From a virus (lineage: Duplodnaviria; Caudoviricetes), in the IMG/VR virus record IMGVR_UViG_3300029288_000092, positions 55,311 to 119,310 of that record: 64,000 bases of DNA, one strand, 5' to 3'. The notes under the pieces are model-generated. The model had not been told where the DNA came from. It did not search any database and was given only the letters and a program-made list of their open reading frames with translations. The position numbers were made by a program, and so were the translations under genes. Positions 28,296 to 38,714 of the stretch are shown one piece after another; position 1 is the first letter of the stretch; each line of letters starts with the position of its first letter.

Positions 28296-29750
28296 TCAAA
28301 AATATTGGCTTATACCATCAATATTAGAAAAATCAGCAATTGAATCTTCACTTTTATTTTGTTTAGCAAACATAGAGATTCCTGATTCTTTTATCAGCAT
28401 CTTACTATAATCTATATTAAAATTTGCACATCCAAGGGGACCATTTCTATTCTTTTTGATATGCATTGTTAAATTATATAAATTATTTCCAATAATGTTG
28501 TCAGCCATATCTGCTTGCAAAAGACCTATAAAATCAGCATGTTCTGCTTTTTTTCTTGATTCTGTAACACTTCCCAATCCAGGGGTTTTTGAATTATATC
28601 CTTCCGAATTTAATTGTGTTGCAGTCAAACTTGGTATTCCATATTTGATTCCGACCATTTTCTGTTCCATTGTTATATGACCTAATTCCAATCTGTACAT
28701 TTCTGTTTTATTAACTGACGCAAATAAATCCAAATAATCAAACACTGCCATTTTCGCCTTGAGCCCTGTTTTTGATATCATCTCATCCATGTAGATCATA
28801 GCATCATTGATATTACTACTATAGGGCAAAAGATATTTCATTACAATTTTTTTATTTGATTTCTCAAGATACTTAAACATATTTTTTGCATCACCATTTA
28901 TAACTTCTCCCGATGAAGCCTTGTCATAATATGGAAGCATCCTAATTGTTCTCTCCAAACTTTCACCTATGAAGTTTTCTAATGTAAAATAAAAATATAG
29001 TCCATCTCCATTTTCTTCATTAAAAGCTGCACCACATAAAAAATTTAATAAAGCTATTGATTTTCCAACACCGGGTGTTCCGCCAAAAATATAAATTCTA
29101 CCATTTTCCAACCCACCCTTTAATATATTTTTATCAAAATTTTGGAATCCTGTTTTTATTTTTGATTTTGGATCATTATTTTTTTCTATAAGTTTTAAAC
29201 ATTCATCGTACGAATCTTCGTTTTCCAAAACAAACTCACTGGTATTCACTTTATCATCATATCGTTTTTTCAAAAGTGTTCTAATATATATTTTGCTTAT
29301 CAAATTTTCATACGTTTTTATCATTTCATCGCCACCAGTAAAATCTCCACTCTCAAACTTATCCAAAAAATCAACTAATAGATGTTTATCCTCTTCAATT
29401 ATTATTCCTTCTTTTTTAACCTGCAGCATTTCTAGAACAGACTTACACCTAACGCTGTCTAACAATACTGTTGTTTTATATTTTAAACTATCATAAAACT
29501 GAGAAAATTTTCCAAACGTAGAAATATTTTCTATTATTAAATCTGGGGTTGTTTTCTCCCAATCTATTTTTGTCGTAATATATTCAACCAATTCAAACTT
29601 AGGGAGAATTTTTATTGGTAGATCTTTATTTTTTGCATATGTCATAACAACTATAATATCATTTCTAACTATGGCTTCATCATAATAATTATCTACTTTT
29701 TTACAAAAATATAAATCTAATATCTTATCTAAAAATGTTTCAGAAATCAT
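28296..29750 (-). CDS. Replicative DnaB/gp41-like helicase
   Basis: GGTPGVGKS, FTLEN, FDYLDL, TATQLN, KNRNGP. Confidence 0.92.
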   Translation of the reverse strand: MISETFLDKILDLYFCKKVDNYYDEAIVRNDIIVVMTYAKNKDLPIKILPKFELVEYITTKIDWEKTTPDLIIENISTFGKFSQFYDSLKYKTTVLLDSVRCKSVLEMLQVKKEGIIIEEDKHLLVDFLDKFESGDFTGGDEMIKTYENLISKIYIRTLLKKRYDDKVNTSEFVLENEDSYDECLKLIEKNNDPKSKIKTGFQNFDKNILKGGLENGRIYIFGGTPGVGKSIALLNFLCGAAFNEENGDGLYFYFTLENFIGESLERTIRMLPYYDKASSGEVINGDAKNMFKYLEKSNKKIVMKYLLPYSSNINDAMIYMDEMISKTGLKAKMAVFDYLDLFASVNKTEMYRLELGHITMEQKMVGIKYGIPSLTATQLNSEGYNSKTPGLGSVTESRKKAEHADFIGLLQADMADNIIGNNLYNLTMHIKKNRNGPLGCANFNIDYSKMLIKESGISMFAKQNKSEDSIADFSNIDGISQYF

Positions 29751-29762
29751 ATTGCGGCCTCC

Positions 29763-30773
29763 TCATTTTTTTACAATGGAAACTAATTTTTCAAAATCTT
29801 TTTTGTAAAGCTCTTCATTATATACACCTCTCAAAATTGCAGCCGGATGAACTAATACAAAACAAGGAATATTCATCCTATCATATTTAAATATAGATCC
29901 ATGATTATCTGTTATTTTTCCAGTTATTCCAAATCTCTTCATTGATATTGCACCAACGGTGATTAACATTTTTGGTTTAACAGTATTAATCAACTCATCT
30001 AAATTCTTTTCACAACTCAATACATATTCCGGATTAATTTTATTATCAGGAGGTCTACAAAAAACACTATTTCCTATGAGATATTTCAATTTGTTTTTTA
30101 CAATATATTCTTTAATATATTTTCTTAGTAATTCTCCGGATCTCCCAACAAATGGAACTCCCGCTTCAGCTTCATTTTTTCCCGGTGCCTCTCCGACAAA
30201 CATAATATCCACTCCGCATACATTTGATTTGCTATTTGTATCAAACAAGCATAGAGGTTCTGATATCAGAGCACACTCCGAACATTTACTCTTAACATCT
30301 TTAAATTTTGCAATTAAATCCTCAAACTTAATTTTATCTATTTTTGTTTTAGATTTTCTATTTGATATTTTTTTAGATACACCAGTATTTTCATCATAGT
30401 ATTTTTTATATTCTTCATGTAATAATAAAATTTCATATGATTTTAATAGTGGATATTTATTTGAAATTTCAGAAATTTCTTTATTTCTGTTATTATAAAT
30501 AAATTTTGAATGAAATAAATCAAATTTGGATAAACCGAATTGTTGAATCATGAATTTTATTGTTTTGGAAAATTCCTCGAAAGGCATTCCAATACAATAA
30601 AAATTATTAAGATATTTATTGACATACAAACAAGCTTTCTTGCTTCTCATGAAAAGATTGAGCAGATAGTGAACTGAAAATTTATTTTTATTTTCAATAA
30701 CTATTTCAGGCAATTCACTATCTGCTCCATCATATAACCAATCAAAATATACACCATATGGACTCATAACCAA
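29763..30773 (-). CDS. Family 4 uracil-DNA glycosylase with ~150-aa N-terminal extension
   Basis: CSECAL, FVGEAPGKNE, PFVGRSG, CRPPDN, HPAAILR. Confidence 0.9.
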   Translation of the reverse strand: MVMSPYGVYFDWLYDGADSELPEIVIENKNKFSVHYLLNLFMRSKKACLYVNKYLNNFYCIGMPFEEFSKTIKFMIQQFGLSKFDLFHSKFIYNNRNKEISEISNKYPLLKSYEILLLHEEYKKYYDENTGVSKKISNRKSKTKIDKIKFEDLIAKFKDVKSKCSECALISEPLCLFDTNSKSNVCGVDIMFVGEAPGKNEAEAGVPFVGRSGELLRKYIKEYIVKNKLKYLIGNSVFCRPPDNKINPEYVLSCEKNLDELINTVKPKMLITVGAISMKRFGITGKITDNHGSIFKYDRMNIPCFVLVHPAAILRGVYNEELYKKDFEKLVSIVKK

Positions 30774-30816
30774 ACCTCGTTTTTTAATTTGTTAAGATTT
30801 TTTAAAAATCAAAAAA

Positions 30817-31917
30817 TCAATAGCTTAAACCATCAATTACATTATTCTTCACCATATTATAATTAAGAGAACTATTGACAATATCTTCAGCTTGAATATT
30901 TTCAAATCCTTTTCCTTTTATCTTCAATTTACTAAAGAAATCCTTAAATCTTTCCAACGCTGCCTGTATCTTTTCTGTATCCTTAGAAAGATAAAATAAT
31001 TTTTGGATTTCTTCACCAACAGTTCTCAATGTTTCGGACATTGCTTTGAATGGACCAGTAAAATATGAATATCCAAGAGTTTCAGATAGTTGTTTATATG
31101 TTTTATATAATAAATATGTACTCATTACAAAAAAACTAATCAATGTTGGCAATGCTGAAAACCCAGCCAGCATAGAAACAAGTTCAGTTGCAAATGGAAT
31201 TGTTGTAATTGGAATCAACATATTTGCTCCAGTTATTACCACGAGCGCTAACAATGCGGCGTATTCTAATAGCTTCCATGCCGTATTAAAATTCCAATCT
31301 TTATTATATAATTCATTTATTGTTTTAGTAAGTATATCAACAAAATAATTGAATTTTCCTTTAGCTGCAAATAAAAGACCATATAGTGCTACTCCAGCAT
31401 ACGGTAAAATAACAAAAATAAAAACAACAGAATATAGTATTGGAATAGTCATTGTTAATAACATTGGAAGTAGATTAATAATAATATTCCCCATAACAAT
31501 AACAGCCAATATAATACCAAACCATTTTAATGCTGCCATAAAATATCTAAAACCATTCAAAATCTTATCTTTCATGCTTATTGGAAAATCAAATTCCATT
31601 TTAATTTCTTGTTGATTTTTGGATTTTATCAAACTGAGTTTATTGTTTAATTCTAAACTTGACTCATCGGCTAATTCCGATATCATCTCAGTTATAGAAT
31701 TCAAACTATTTTCGGATCCATCCTTTAAAAATCTTTTATAAAGTCTAGTAACTTCAGCAAATGATTTATCCAATTTCCTTCTAACATTCTTATTTTTAAT
31801 GGACATAACCGCGATTTTAACCCTATTTAACATCTTGGACATCCCCATTGGTTTAACTGATTGAATGTTCAAATGTTTAGCGATCGATAATATATTTTTA
31901 ACTTCGGATTCAAACAT
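30817..31917 (-). CDS. Multi-pass membrane protein (possible virion/ejection protein)
   Basis: About four hydrophobic helices in the central region; SD AGGAGGA. Confidence 0.6.
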   Translation of the reverse strand: MFESEVKNILSIAKHLNIQSVKPMGMSKMLNRVKIAVMSIKNKNVRRKLDKSFAEVTRLYKRFLKDGSENSLNSITEMISELADESSLELNNKLSLIKSKNQQEIKMEFDFPISMKDKILNGFRYFMAALKWFGIILAVIVMGNIIINLLPMLLTMTIPILYSVVFIFVILPYAGVALYGLLFAAKGKFNYFVDILTKTINELYNKDWNFNTAWKLLEYAALLALVVITGANMLIPITTIPFATELVSMLAGFSALPTLISFFVMSTYLLYKTYKQLSETLGYSYFTGPFKAMSETLRTVGEEIQKLFYLSKDTEKIQAALERFKDFFSKLKIKGKGFENIQAEDIVNSSLNYNMVKNNVIDGLSY

Positions 31918-31935
31918 TTTAGATCCTCCTATAAA

Positions 31936-32367
31936 TTAATCTTTCGTTTTAAAGAATATCCAATTATCCTTATCCATTTTATGAATAACATATTTACCCT
32001 TTAATTTTTTAGAATTTATAATTTCAATCACAACATCATTTGGGGTTGTGACTATTCTTCTAACATTTCCACTATCCCATATCACAAATTTTCCACCACC
32101 ATATTCACCTTTTGGAATTTCACCTTTGTAAGTTAACCACCAAATTTTATGAACTGGCTGTTTAACAGCTAACACTTTCTCTCCGGATTTAAGTGGTATT
32201 CCTTTTCTAATTGCCCAAGAATCCAATTTACCTCTATCATTTTCAATTCTCAAATCATAATGCAACCCAGCCTTATATGCAGAGTGCTGGTGTATAACAT
32301 ATCTATATTGTTTATTGCTATATAACTCAAGCAATTTGCATGCAAATTCCATAAATATATTTTTCAT
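31936..32367 (-). CDS. Stand-alone LigD-type 3'-phosphoesterase domain
   Basis: YVIHQHSA, LHYDLRIE, SWAIRKG, LAVKQPVH, GEIPKGEYGGG, IWDSG. Confidence 0.9.
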   Translation of the reverse strand: MKNIFMEFACKLLELYSNKQYRYVIHQHSAYKAGLHYDLRIENDRGKLDSWAIRKGIPLKSGEKVLAVKQPVHKIWWLTYKGEIPKGEYGGGKFVIWDSGNVRRIVTTPNDVVIEIINSKKLKGKYVIHKMDKDNWIFFKTKD

Positions 32368-32376
32368 TTTAAATCC

Positions 32377-32631
32377 TCACCCGACAAAAACATCATCAGA
32401 TGCCTTTGTTATTATGGATCCCATATCTGTGCTATCACCGAGAGCCTGTGAACTTTTATTATTTATGATTACATTTCTAGAACCATTTAATTTTCCAACA
32501 TCGGGAAGAGTATTATCGTCTTTAAGTGCAGCTTTTTTGCTATTTATAAAAACATTATCTGATGATGGTCCACTTATAGTTGATGTTCCACTATCCAATT
32601 CATCATTTATTCTAGCAATTGCTTTTGACAT
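32377..32631 (-). CDS. PAAR-like spike tip protein (gp5.4-like)
   Basis: AIARIND, SDNVFINSKKAA, GSRNVIIN..ALGD, ASDDVFVG; follows the spike gene. Confidence 0.75.
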   Translation of the reverse strand: MSKAIARINDELDSGTSTISGPSSDNVFINSKKAALKDDNTLPDVGKLNGSRNVIINNKSSQALGDSTDMGSIITKASDDVFVG

Positions 32632-33563
32632 TATTCCCTTTCCCCTTCTGGCAAATCAGGAGTTGTTGTTATAGAATCTGGATTTGCTTCTCCACTATTT
32701 AAATATATATTAGAACCATCCATTGCAATTTTATCACCGGATTGTATTTCTAAAGATCCTGTTAATTTATTTGTCTCTTTGCCAGAAACTTCCTTTGTTA
32801 TATTACCATCAACTTTGTATTTTACATTTCCTTTTACATGTATATTTACATCACCTTCCAACGTGATATGGGAATCTTTTTCTATTTGTATTTTTAAATC
32901 ACCTTTCATTTTAACATGCAATGTGTCATCTTTCTGAACAAGATTTATAAAATTTCCTTTATAATCTTTTATAAGAATTTTTTCTTTACTATTTCTTTCG
33001 TCCATCAATATAACACTCTGATTGTTATCTATTGTATAAACACTTCCACTAGCATCGTCTTGTTTTGGATCATACAATCTTTTCTTTCCAGTTAATTCAA
33101 CTCTTTCATCATCTGGATCATCACTCACTATAATAACTCTTCCCCTAGGGCTTCGCATTATAGTCCATTTGCTCCACCATTTTCCACCCAACTGATTTTC
33201 TGGTGGAACCGGTTTGTGAGAAATATCCATGGCGCACATATAATACGGTCTATTAGGATTATCACATTCAAACCAGATCCAAACAAAACTTCCATCTTCT
33301 GGTATATAACACGTCCCGTAATGATGACACCAAATCTTTTCATTGTCTCTTTTATTTCTTCCGCCAACTGGATTGTTTGCTGGCCATGCCCACATACCTT
33401 CATCTTTTTTAAATTTATCTTCTTTCATTAAATCTGGAATAAACACTTTGACTCTGCCAAACTTCTCTTTGTCTTTAACATCAATAACTATGGCTCTATA
33501 AAAATTATCATATGATAATTTTCTTTCGTTTGTTCCTAATTCAAAAAACGTCTTTTTTTCCAT
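32631..33563 (-). CDS. Baseplate central spike, gp5/VgrG-like (OB fold and beta-helix, no lysozyme)
   Basis: YRAIVIDVKDKEKFGRVKVFIP, WAWP, VWIWFECDNPNRPYY, C-terminal V/I-x-G-N/D repeats. Confidence 0.85.
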   Translation of the reverse strand: MEKKTFFELGTNERKLSYDNFYRAIVIDVKDKEKFGRVKVFIPDLMKEDKFKKDEGMWAWPANNPVGGRNKRDNEKIWCHHYGTCYIPEDGSFVWIWFECDNPNRPYYMCAMDISHKPVPPENQLGGKWWSKWTIMRSPRGRVIIVSDDPDDERVELTGKKRLYDPKQDDASGSVYTIDNNQSVILMDERNSKEKILIKDYKGNFINLVQKDDTLHVKMKGDLKIQIEKDSHITLEGDVNIHVKGNVKYKVDGNITKEVSGKETNKLTGSLEIQSGDKIAMDGSNIYLNSGEANPDSITTTPDLPEGERE

Positions 33564-33573
33564 ATTAAATAAA

Positions 33574-34488
33574 TTACACCTCTAAAGATGAAATCAAATA
33601 TTTTGTAATTTTCAGTGTCATCTGCATGGCAGTTTCATATGGAAGATTATAGCTTAAATTTCCATATGCATCGGATATCATTGAGGCATATATCAATGGG
33701 AAAAATCTATCTAAAGACTCCATCATAACTAATGCTTCAAGTGACATATGATGTGCGATTCTAGATGTTACCGCTTGCATGGTAATTCCAAAATAAACAA
33801 ATTTATCAAGATAATCTATCCACTTTATTGTATCAAAATTCAAACTGTCCAAATCAACAGAACTCTTGACCAGTTCTGGAAATTTCTCCAGTGATGTCAA
33901 CTTATAGTTTGAAATAACAGAAGAATAATGTTTCTTGAATGGTTGACCCCAAAGATTCACGACAGTATGGATACTTGATAAATAAATAGAGTTATTTACC
34001 AAATCCAAATCGTTAAATACGCCATATGATTTCCCAAACATATTCATCATAAAACTATGTATAATTAAAACTTGATAATCCACCCACAAATTTATATTTT
34101 TAAATGCTGGCACATTAAAATATGCCCAGTATACTAATCCATACGATATAATAGAAATTAATTCCGCTTTAGAATATTCTGTCAATCTTTTTGTAAAATT
34201 AATTAATATTTCACCACTTTTTGCCACATAACAGCTAAGAGGATATCTACTATCAGAAATTAAAACAATACGACCTTTACCACGAAAAGATTTTACAGTA
34301 AAAATCTGTTCTATATTTTGAATAAGATAATCCACAAATTTATCAAGAAGTTTATTGGAAATTCTTATTTTTGTGTTCTTCAACATATTGAATAAAATTT
34401 TATCTTTATCCCCGTTACTTAATAAGAATCTTTTATAATCATCATCATAATAATTCTTTAATTTAACAAGTGAAAACTTCTGAACCAT
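33574..34488 (-). CDS. Hypothetical protein (baseplate region)
   Basis: 304-aa ORF, translationally coupled. Confidence 0.65.
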   Translation of the reverse strand: MVQKFSLVKLKNYYDDDYKRFLLSNGDKDKILFNMLKNTKIRISNKLLDKFVDYLIQNIEQIFTVKSFRGKGRIVLISDSRYPLSCYVAKSGEILINFTKRLTEYSKAELISIISYGLVYWAYFNVPAFKNINLWVDYQVLIIHSFMMNMFGKSYGVFNDLDLVNNSIYLSSIHTVVNLWGQPFKKHYSSVISNYKLTSLEKFPELVKSSVDLDSLNFDTIKWIDYLDKFVYFGITMQAVTSRIAHHMSLEALVMMESLDRFFPLIYASMISDAYGNLSYNLPYETAMQMTLKITKYLISSLEV

Positions 34489-34889
34489 TACTCCTCCTGC
34501 ACCACATTTATGTCGTCCTTTATGTAATTTCTCATAACTTGTTTGACTGCTCCCATTGTTGGTATATATACTTTTTCCAATTTAAATTCTTCAATAAAAA
34601 AACAATTATTTACAAATAAAAGCATATGCCAAAGATTAACAGTTTTATAAATATCGAAAGATAAATAATCTGGTCTATAGATATATTTTCTATCTAAATC
34701 AACTAATACCGAATTTTGTCTTAAAAAATCATAATTTTGTGCTAATAATTCAATATATGGATTGTCAATAACAACACTTCCACTGTCAAAAAAACTATCA
34801 GTTATCTGATATTGATTTCTAAAATATGTGATATCAAAAATATCCAGTGATCTATTTTTGCTATCGACATCTATTCTGCTAATTGGCAT
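34488..34889 (-). CDS. Baseplate wedge protein, gp53/LysM-like
   Basis: YRPDYLSFDIYKTVNLWHMLLFVN...VYIP. Confidence 0.75.
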   Translation of the reverse strand: MPISRIDVDSKNRSLDIFDITYFRNQYQITDSFFDSGSVVIDNPYIELLAQNYDFLRQNSVLVDLDRKYIYRPDYLSFDIYKTVNLWHMLLFVNNCFFIEEFKLEKVYIPTMGAVKQVMRNYIKDDINVVQEE

Positions 34890-35449
34890 TATTTATTATC
34901 TCCATTATAGTCCCATCCAATATGAGTTGACCCTTTTACTATTAAATATTTATTGACAACTTCCAATGCTTCTTCTCTCAGTGTATAATTTTCCATAAAC
35001 CACTTATAATCTCCGATAACATAATCAACAGGTATCTTCAGATATCCGTTGTGAAATTTTTCATGTAAAGTGACCACCATTGGAATTATTCCTATTTTCA
35101 TATTAAAATGAAGAAGCATAATATCAATTGCAATATCAAATGATGAAAATGGTTTTTCTTCTGATAAATATTTGTCTATAACGGCTTCCGTTATGTTCTG
35201 TAAGCTTATTGGGTGATGATGAAATTCAATTGTACATTCATCAATTATTTCATTTGTGAAAAGACATTTTATTAAACCTCTATCTTGAATTAAAAACTTT
35301 TTCCATTCTTTATATTCAGCACTATGACGTACCATAGATTTTACAGAGTTTATAAATCTCTTTTCTGATTTATCATCATAAAATATGTTTCTTTGAAAAG
35401 GCAGTCCCCCCATTGGGGTTGTGCCCTTACAAACAATATTTGGATCCAT
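34889..35449 (-). CDS. HNH-like protein
   Basis: C...IEFHHHP...PMVVTLHEKFH pattern. Confidence 0.5.
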   Translation of the reverse strand: MDPNIVCKGTTPMGGLPFQRNIFYDDKSEKRFINSVKSMVRHSAEYKEWKKFLIQDRGLIKCLFTNEIIDECTIEFHHHPISLQNITEAVIDKYLSEEKPFSSFDIAIDIMLLHFNMKIGIIPMVVTLHEKFHNGYLKIPVDYVIGDYKWFMENYTLREEALEVVNKYLIVKGSTHIGWDYNGDNK

Positions 35450-36495
35450 TATTTGCTCACCAAACCCTTTGCTATAGATAATCCTTTAACAAGACCAAGA
35501 GTTGGGACTTCGGACATTATTTTATCAAGCTGATCTTTTGTGAAAAATTGTGTTTTATCTGCTAGTGTATTAAACGCTTTCAACATACTCAAATTGACAA
35601 ATCTAACATCAAAATCTAGGGATGAGACTGCACTTGTGATTCCACCGCTGATGTGCTCATATGTCATTCTTCTGGTTATAAAAATCAATCTAGATTTTTC
35701 TGGAATATAAAATATAAATCCAGCCCAACCAAGTTTTGTCAGATTAACAAGAGTGTCTCTATCAAAAACTTTATCCCTATATTCAGATGGCAACTGTGAA
35801 ATATCAATCAGGCAATATGCAGTTCTCATGATATCCGGGAGAGTTTTTCCAAATGAACTTCTAGAAAATAATTCAGTCCCAATTGATTTATCAAAAACTT
35901 GAGGATATCCTTTTAAAACCTGATTTATACTAATATTCATACCCTTTCTGATAAAGGATATGATATTTCTAGATAAATAATTTAAAATTCCAGGACCACT
36001 TATATTCACATCTCTTATGAGAGTGTCAGTAAAATCAAACTTCAATTTATTTGACAACGCTTGAATAGTCATTATGAAATTCTCTTTTAAAGATCCAACA
36101 TTTATTTGTAACATAATTGGCTTTATTAGATTATCAACTGAGACAGCATCTACTTCAATTTTATTTTTACTTCCATCATCTTTCTCATGTTCTTTTCTGT
36201 TATCACCTTTGTACTTTCCATCTCCACCTTCACCTTTTCCGGCGGATGCTTTAGTAATTGAAAAAAAACCTTGATCAACTTCTATGGCATTTGTATTAAA
36301 TATTTTCTTACCTTTTTTAACAAATATACTTTTGAATTTATTTGCACCATATAACGCAGTTAAAAATTCAGTATATGTTGCCGAAAAACTAATTATATTT
36401 TGATCAATATCTTGCCAATATATAAATGGAAAAGTGAAAACAGACATTGCCTGTATAGTATCGGCATTCAACTCAACTTTTGATTCCATTAACAT
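35449..36495 (-). CDS. Hypothetical (probable virion) protein
   Basis: 348 aa, SD GGAGGT. Confidence 0.65.
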   Translation of the reverse strand: MLMESKVELNADTIQAMSVFTFPFIYWQDIDQNIISFSATYTEFLTALYGANKFKSIFVKKGKKIFNTNAIEVDQGFFSITKASAGKGEGGDGKYKGDNRKEHEKDDGSKNKIEVDAVSVDNLIKPIMLQINVGSLKENFIMTIQALSNKLKFDFTDTLIRDVNISGPGILNYLSRNIISFIRKGMNISINQVLKGYPQVFDKSIGTELFSRSSFGKTLPDIMRTAYCLIDISQLPSEYRDKVFDRDTLVNLTKLGWAGFIFYIPEKSRLIFITRRMTYEHISGGITSAVSSLDFDVRFVNLSMLKAFNTLADKTQFFTKDQLDKIMSEVPTLGLVKGLSIAKGLVSK

Positions 36496-36501
36496 ACCTT
36501 A

Positions 36502-37050
36502 TTACCTCCGGAAAATATTTATAGCATCTTTTTCAATTACAGTATCAAATGAATATATTTTACTATCCAAAATAGAAAATAAAATTATTCTCTGTTTTTC
36601 TAAATATATCTCAGAAATTATTAATCTGGTAAATACATCCTTTAAAATATTATAATCCACATCCTTTTGATTTAAAACCAAAAATATATGAAAAAATATA
36701 TCATCTAATATTCCATAATCTTCAAAAGAAATATCTTTATAATTAAATTTTGTTTTATTTAATTTAAAATATTCTGCAACATAATTCTTAATTATTTTTC
36801 TAATAGTATTTGAGTTTACATCAAATTCTTTTAATTCATATTCTAGACTAGAAAATATTTTAGATCTGGCATTTAATGTAACTATATCTTCCTTATTTTT
36901 TACAGGTAGTTGTTCAGTATCATTTATAATAATTTTTTCTATATTGTTGTTTATTATTTTATCTATTTTTTTATCATTTATAATCGGAAAATCGTTATCT
37001 GTTCTTTTGCCATTCACATAATCTAAAATTCTAGTTATATTGTTTCCCAT
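36502..37050 (-). CDS. Hypothetical protein
   Basis: Operon context. Confidence 0.6.
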   Translation of the reverse strand: MGNNITRILDYVNGKRTDNDFPIINDKKIDKIINNNIEKIIINDTEQLPVKNKEDIVTLNARSKIFSSLEYELKEFDVNSNTIRKIIKNYVAEYFKLNKTKFNYKDISFEDYGILDDIFFHIFLVLNQKDVDYNILKDVFTRLIISEIYLEKQRIILFSILDSKIYSFDTVIEKDAINIFRR

Positions 37051-37517
37051 TATTTATTAATGTCGCTGTATTTTAGTGCACCATTCACACAATCTTTGAT
37101 GGTAGCACGAATAAATTTAATATGTAATTCTGATTTTTTATATCTATTTTTAACAGTGCTATTCTCTGTCAACTGTAAAATGTTAGGTACAACTAACATG
37201 TTCAATAATGCACACTCTAACAATTTTTCTTTATAATTTTTATTATTATCTACATTTTCTAAAAATCCACTATATACTTGTTCTTTTGTTCTATATATTG
37301 CTTTATCTGGTTGAAAACATAACGGTTTATATCCTTCTTGTTTCCACCAATTCAAGAGTGAATGTACTATTTGCCTTTTACACAAATAATAATCCACTCT
37401 ATCGGATTTACTCATTGACTCTAAAAATTTTTTAACATCATTAGAAAAAATCCTATCTATATTTCTCCAGATCTGTTCTGTTATAATAGATAGTTGTGTA
37501 TTAGAAAACTTTTTCAT
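37050..37517 (-). CDS. Hypothetical protein (start revised to MKKFSNT)
   Basis: SD GGAGGT before ATG 37517; GAACA motif at 37543-37555. Confidence 0.6.
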   Translation of the reverse strand: MKKFSNTQLSIITEQIWRNIDRIFSNDVKKFLESMSKSDRVDYYLCKRQIVHSLLNWWKQEGYKPLCFQPDKAIYRTKEQVYSGFLENVDNNKNYKEKLLECALLNMLVVPNILQLTENSTVKNRYKKSELHIKFIRATIKDCVNGALKYSDINK

Positions 37518-37571
37518 CGCACAACCTCCAAGCGGCACGTTGTTTTATTTTGTTCGTTAAGTTTCAAAATT

Positions 37572-38714
37572 TCAGTTCAAATCAACAACATCATTGCCAC
37601 TATCAATATTTTCTTCCACTATATTCATATTTTTATTAACTTCTCCAGGAAGAGGTCTATATCTAGTTGATAACTCCGAAATAATATCTGACACTTCTTT
37701 ATCCCACATTTTTTTGAATTCAGCATCCTCAATATATTTTAAATACGCACCACGTGTTCCGTTCCAAGTGGCTTCTGGTTGATTAGTCAGTTTACTCCAT
37801 CTTCCCGATGTCATTCTTTTTTCGGCTCTCAATAAATTATAATTTGTCCAAAAATTATCAAACCCACTATTATAATCGAGAATCATTTCAAATTCAATAT
37901 TTGGAGCAAATAATCTGCTCTTAATACATTTTGCCCTAACAACAATTCCATTAAATCCATATTGCTTTTCTTCCAGTATAGCCGATTCTCTTAATTCAAT
38001 TAACTGAGAAATATTATATTGAAGCGCATTCCCGCCCGGAAGCATTTTTTCTCCAGATAAATATCTAAGATCTGATGGCTGTTTAAATAAACCCATTTGA
38101 ATTTTATCTCTAAATTGATTTATTGCAATTAAACTGATATTATATTTTTCTAGTTTATCAAGATATTTTGGCAACAATGCAGATAATAGTCTGGCTCTCA
38201 AACCAATAGTGTCATTAATATTATCACTTTCGGAATCTTTTTCTGTCTTAGTATTTGCAATTGAGTCCCAGATTATTACAGTTTTGAAATCATTAAATTT
38301 ATCTTTATTTTCATCGAGGAATCTACACGTGGTATCAATTATCTTAAAAACCTGTTCTACTGTTTTAGCTTCTCTAACTTTTATTTTTGGATTAACAACT
38401 CCCAATTGAGCTAATCTAAAAGTTGACATTGCATTTTCGGAATCCAGATATAATCCAAGAACCTTCCCTTCATATACCTTTTGAGCATTACCGATTACAT
38501 TTCCAGCTAGCGTTGTTTTCCCACACCCTGGTCTACCAGCAACACAACTTAAACCACCAACAACCATACCACCACCAAGAAATAAATCTAGTAGTTGAAT
38601 CCCCGTTGGGATTGTTTGTTTTTGATCATTTGCGGTAACTAGATCATCAACCTCTTTTTCAATAAAATTATCATACATTTCTTGAACATTTTTTAACACG
38701 GACTTTTCACTCAT
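37572..38714 (-). CDS. RecA/UvsX-like recombinase (start revised to MSEKSV)
   Basis: IPTGIQLLDLFLGGG, GRPGCGKTT, LDSENA, WDSIA, INQFR, PGGNAL; SD GAGGAGG. Confidence 0.92.
   Translation of the reverse strand: MSEKSVLKNVQEMYDNFIEKEVDDLVTANDQKQTIPTGIQLLDLFLGGGMVVGGLSCVAGRPGCGKTTLAGNVIGNAQKVYEGKVLGLYLDSENAMSTFRLAQLGVVNPKIKVREAKTVEQVFKIIDTTCRFLDENKDKFNDFKTVIIWDSIANTKTEKDSESDNINDTIGLRARLLSALLPKYLDKLEKYNISLIAINQFRDKIQMGLFKQPSDLRYLSGEKMLPGGNALQYNISQLIELRESAILEEKQYGFNGIVVRAKCIKSRLFAPNIEFEMILDYNSGFDNFWTNYNLLRAEKRMTSGRWSKLTNQPEATWNGTRGAYLKYIEDAEFKKMWDKEVSDIISELSTRYRPLPGEVNKNMNIVEENIDSGNDVVDLN

Noticed and set aside
24721-29750. Additional inteins in PolB and helicase (also checked RecA and the visible part of NrdJ)
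   Set aside because: Conserved motifs are contiguous at normal spacing and the proteins are of normal length.
29763-30773. AR9-like uracil-substituted genome, suggested by the AACA promoter motif and AT richness
   Set aside because: The phage encodes an apparently intact uracil-DNA glycosylase, which is hard to reconcile with U-DNA.
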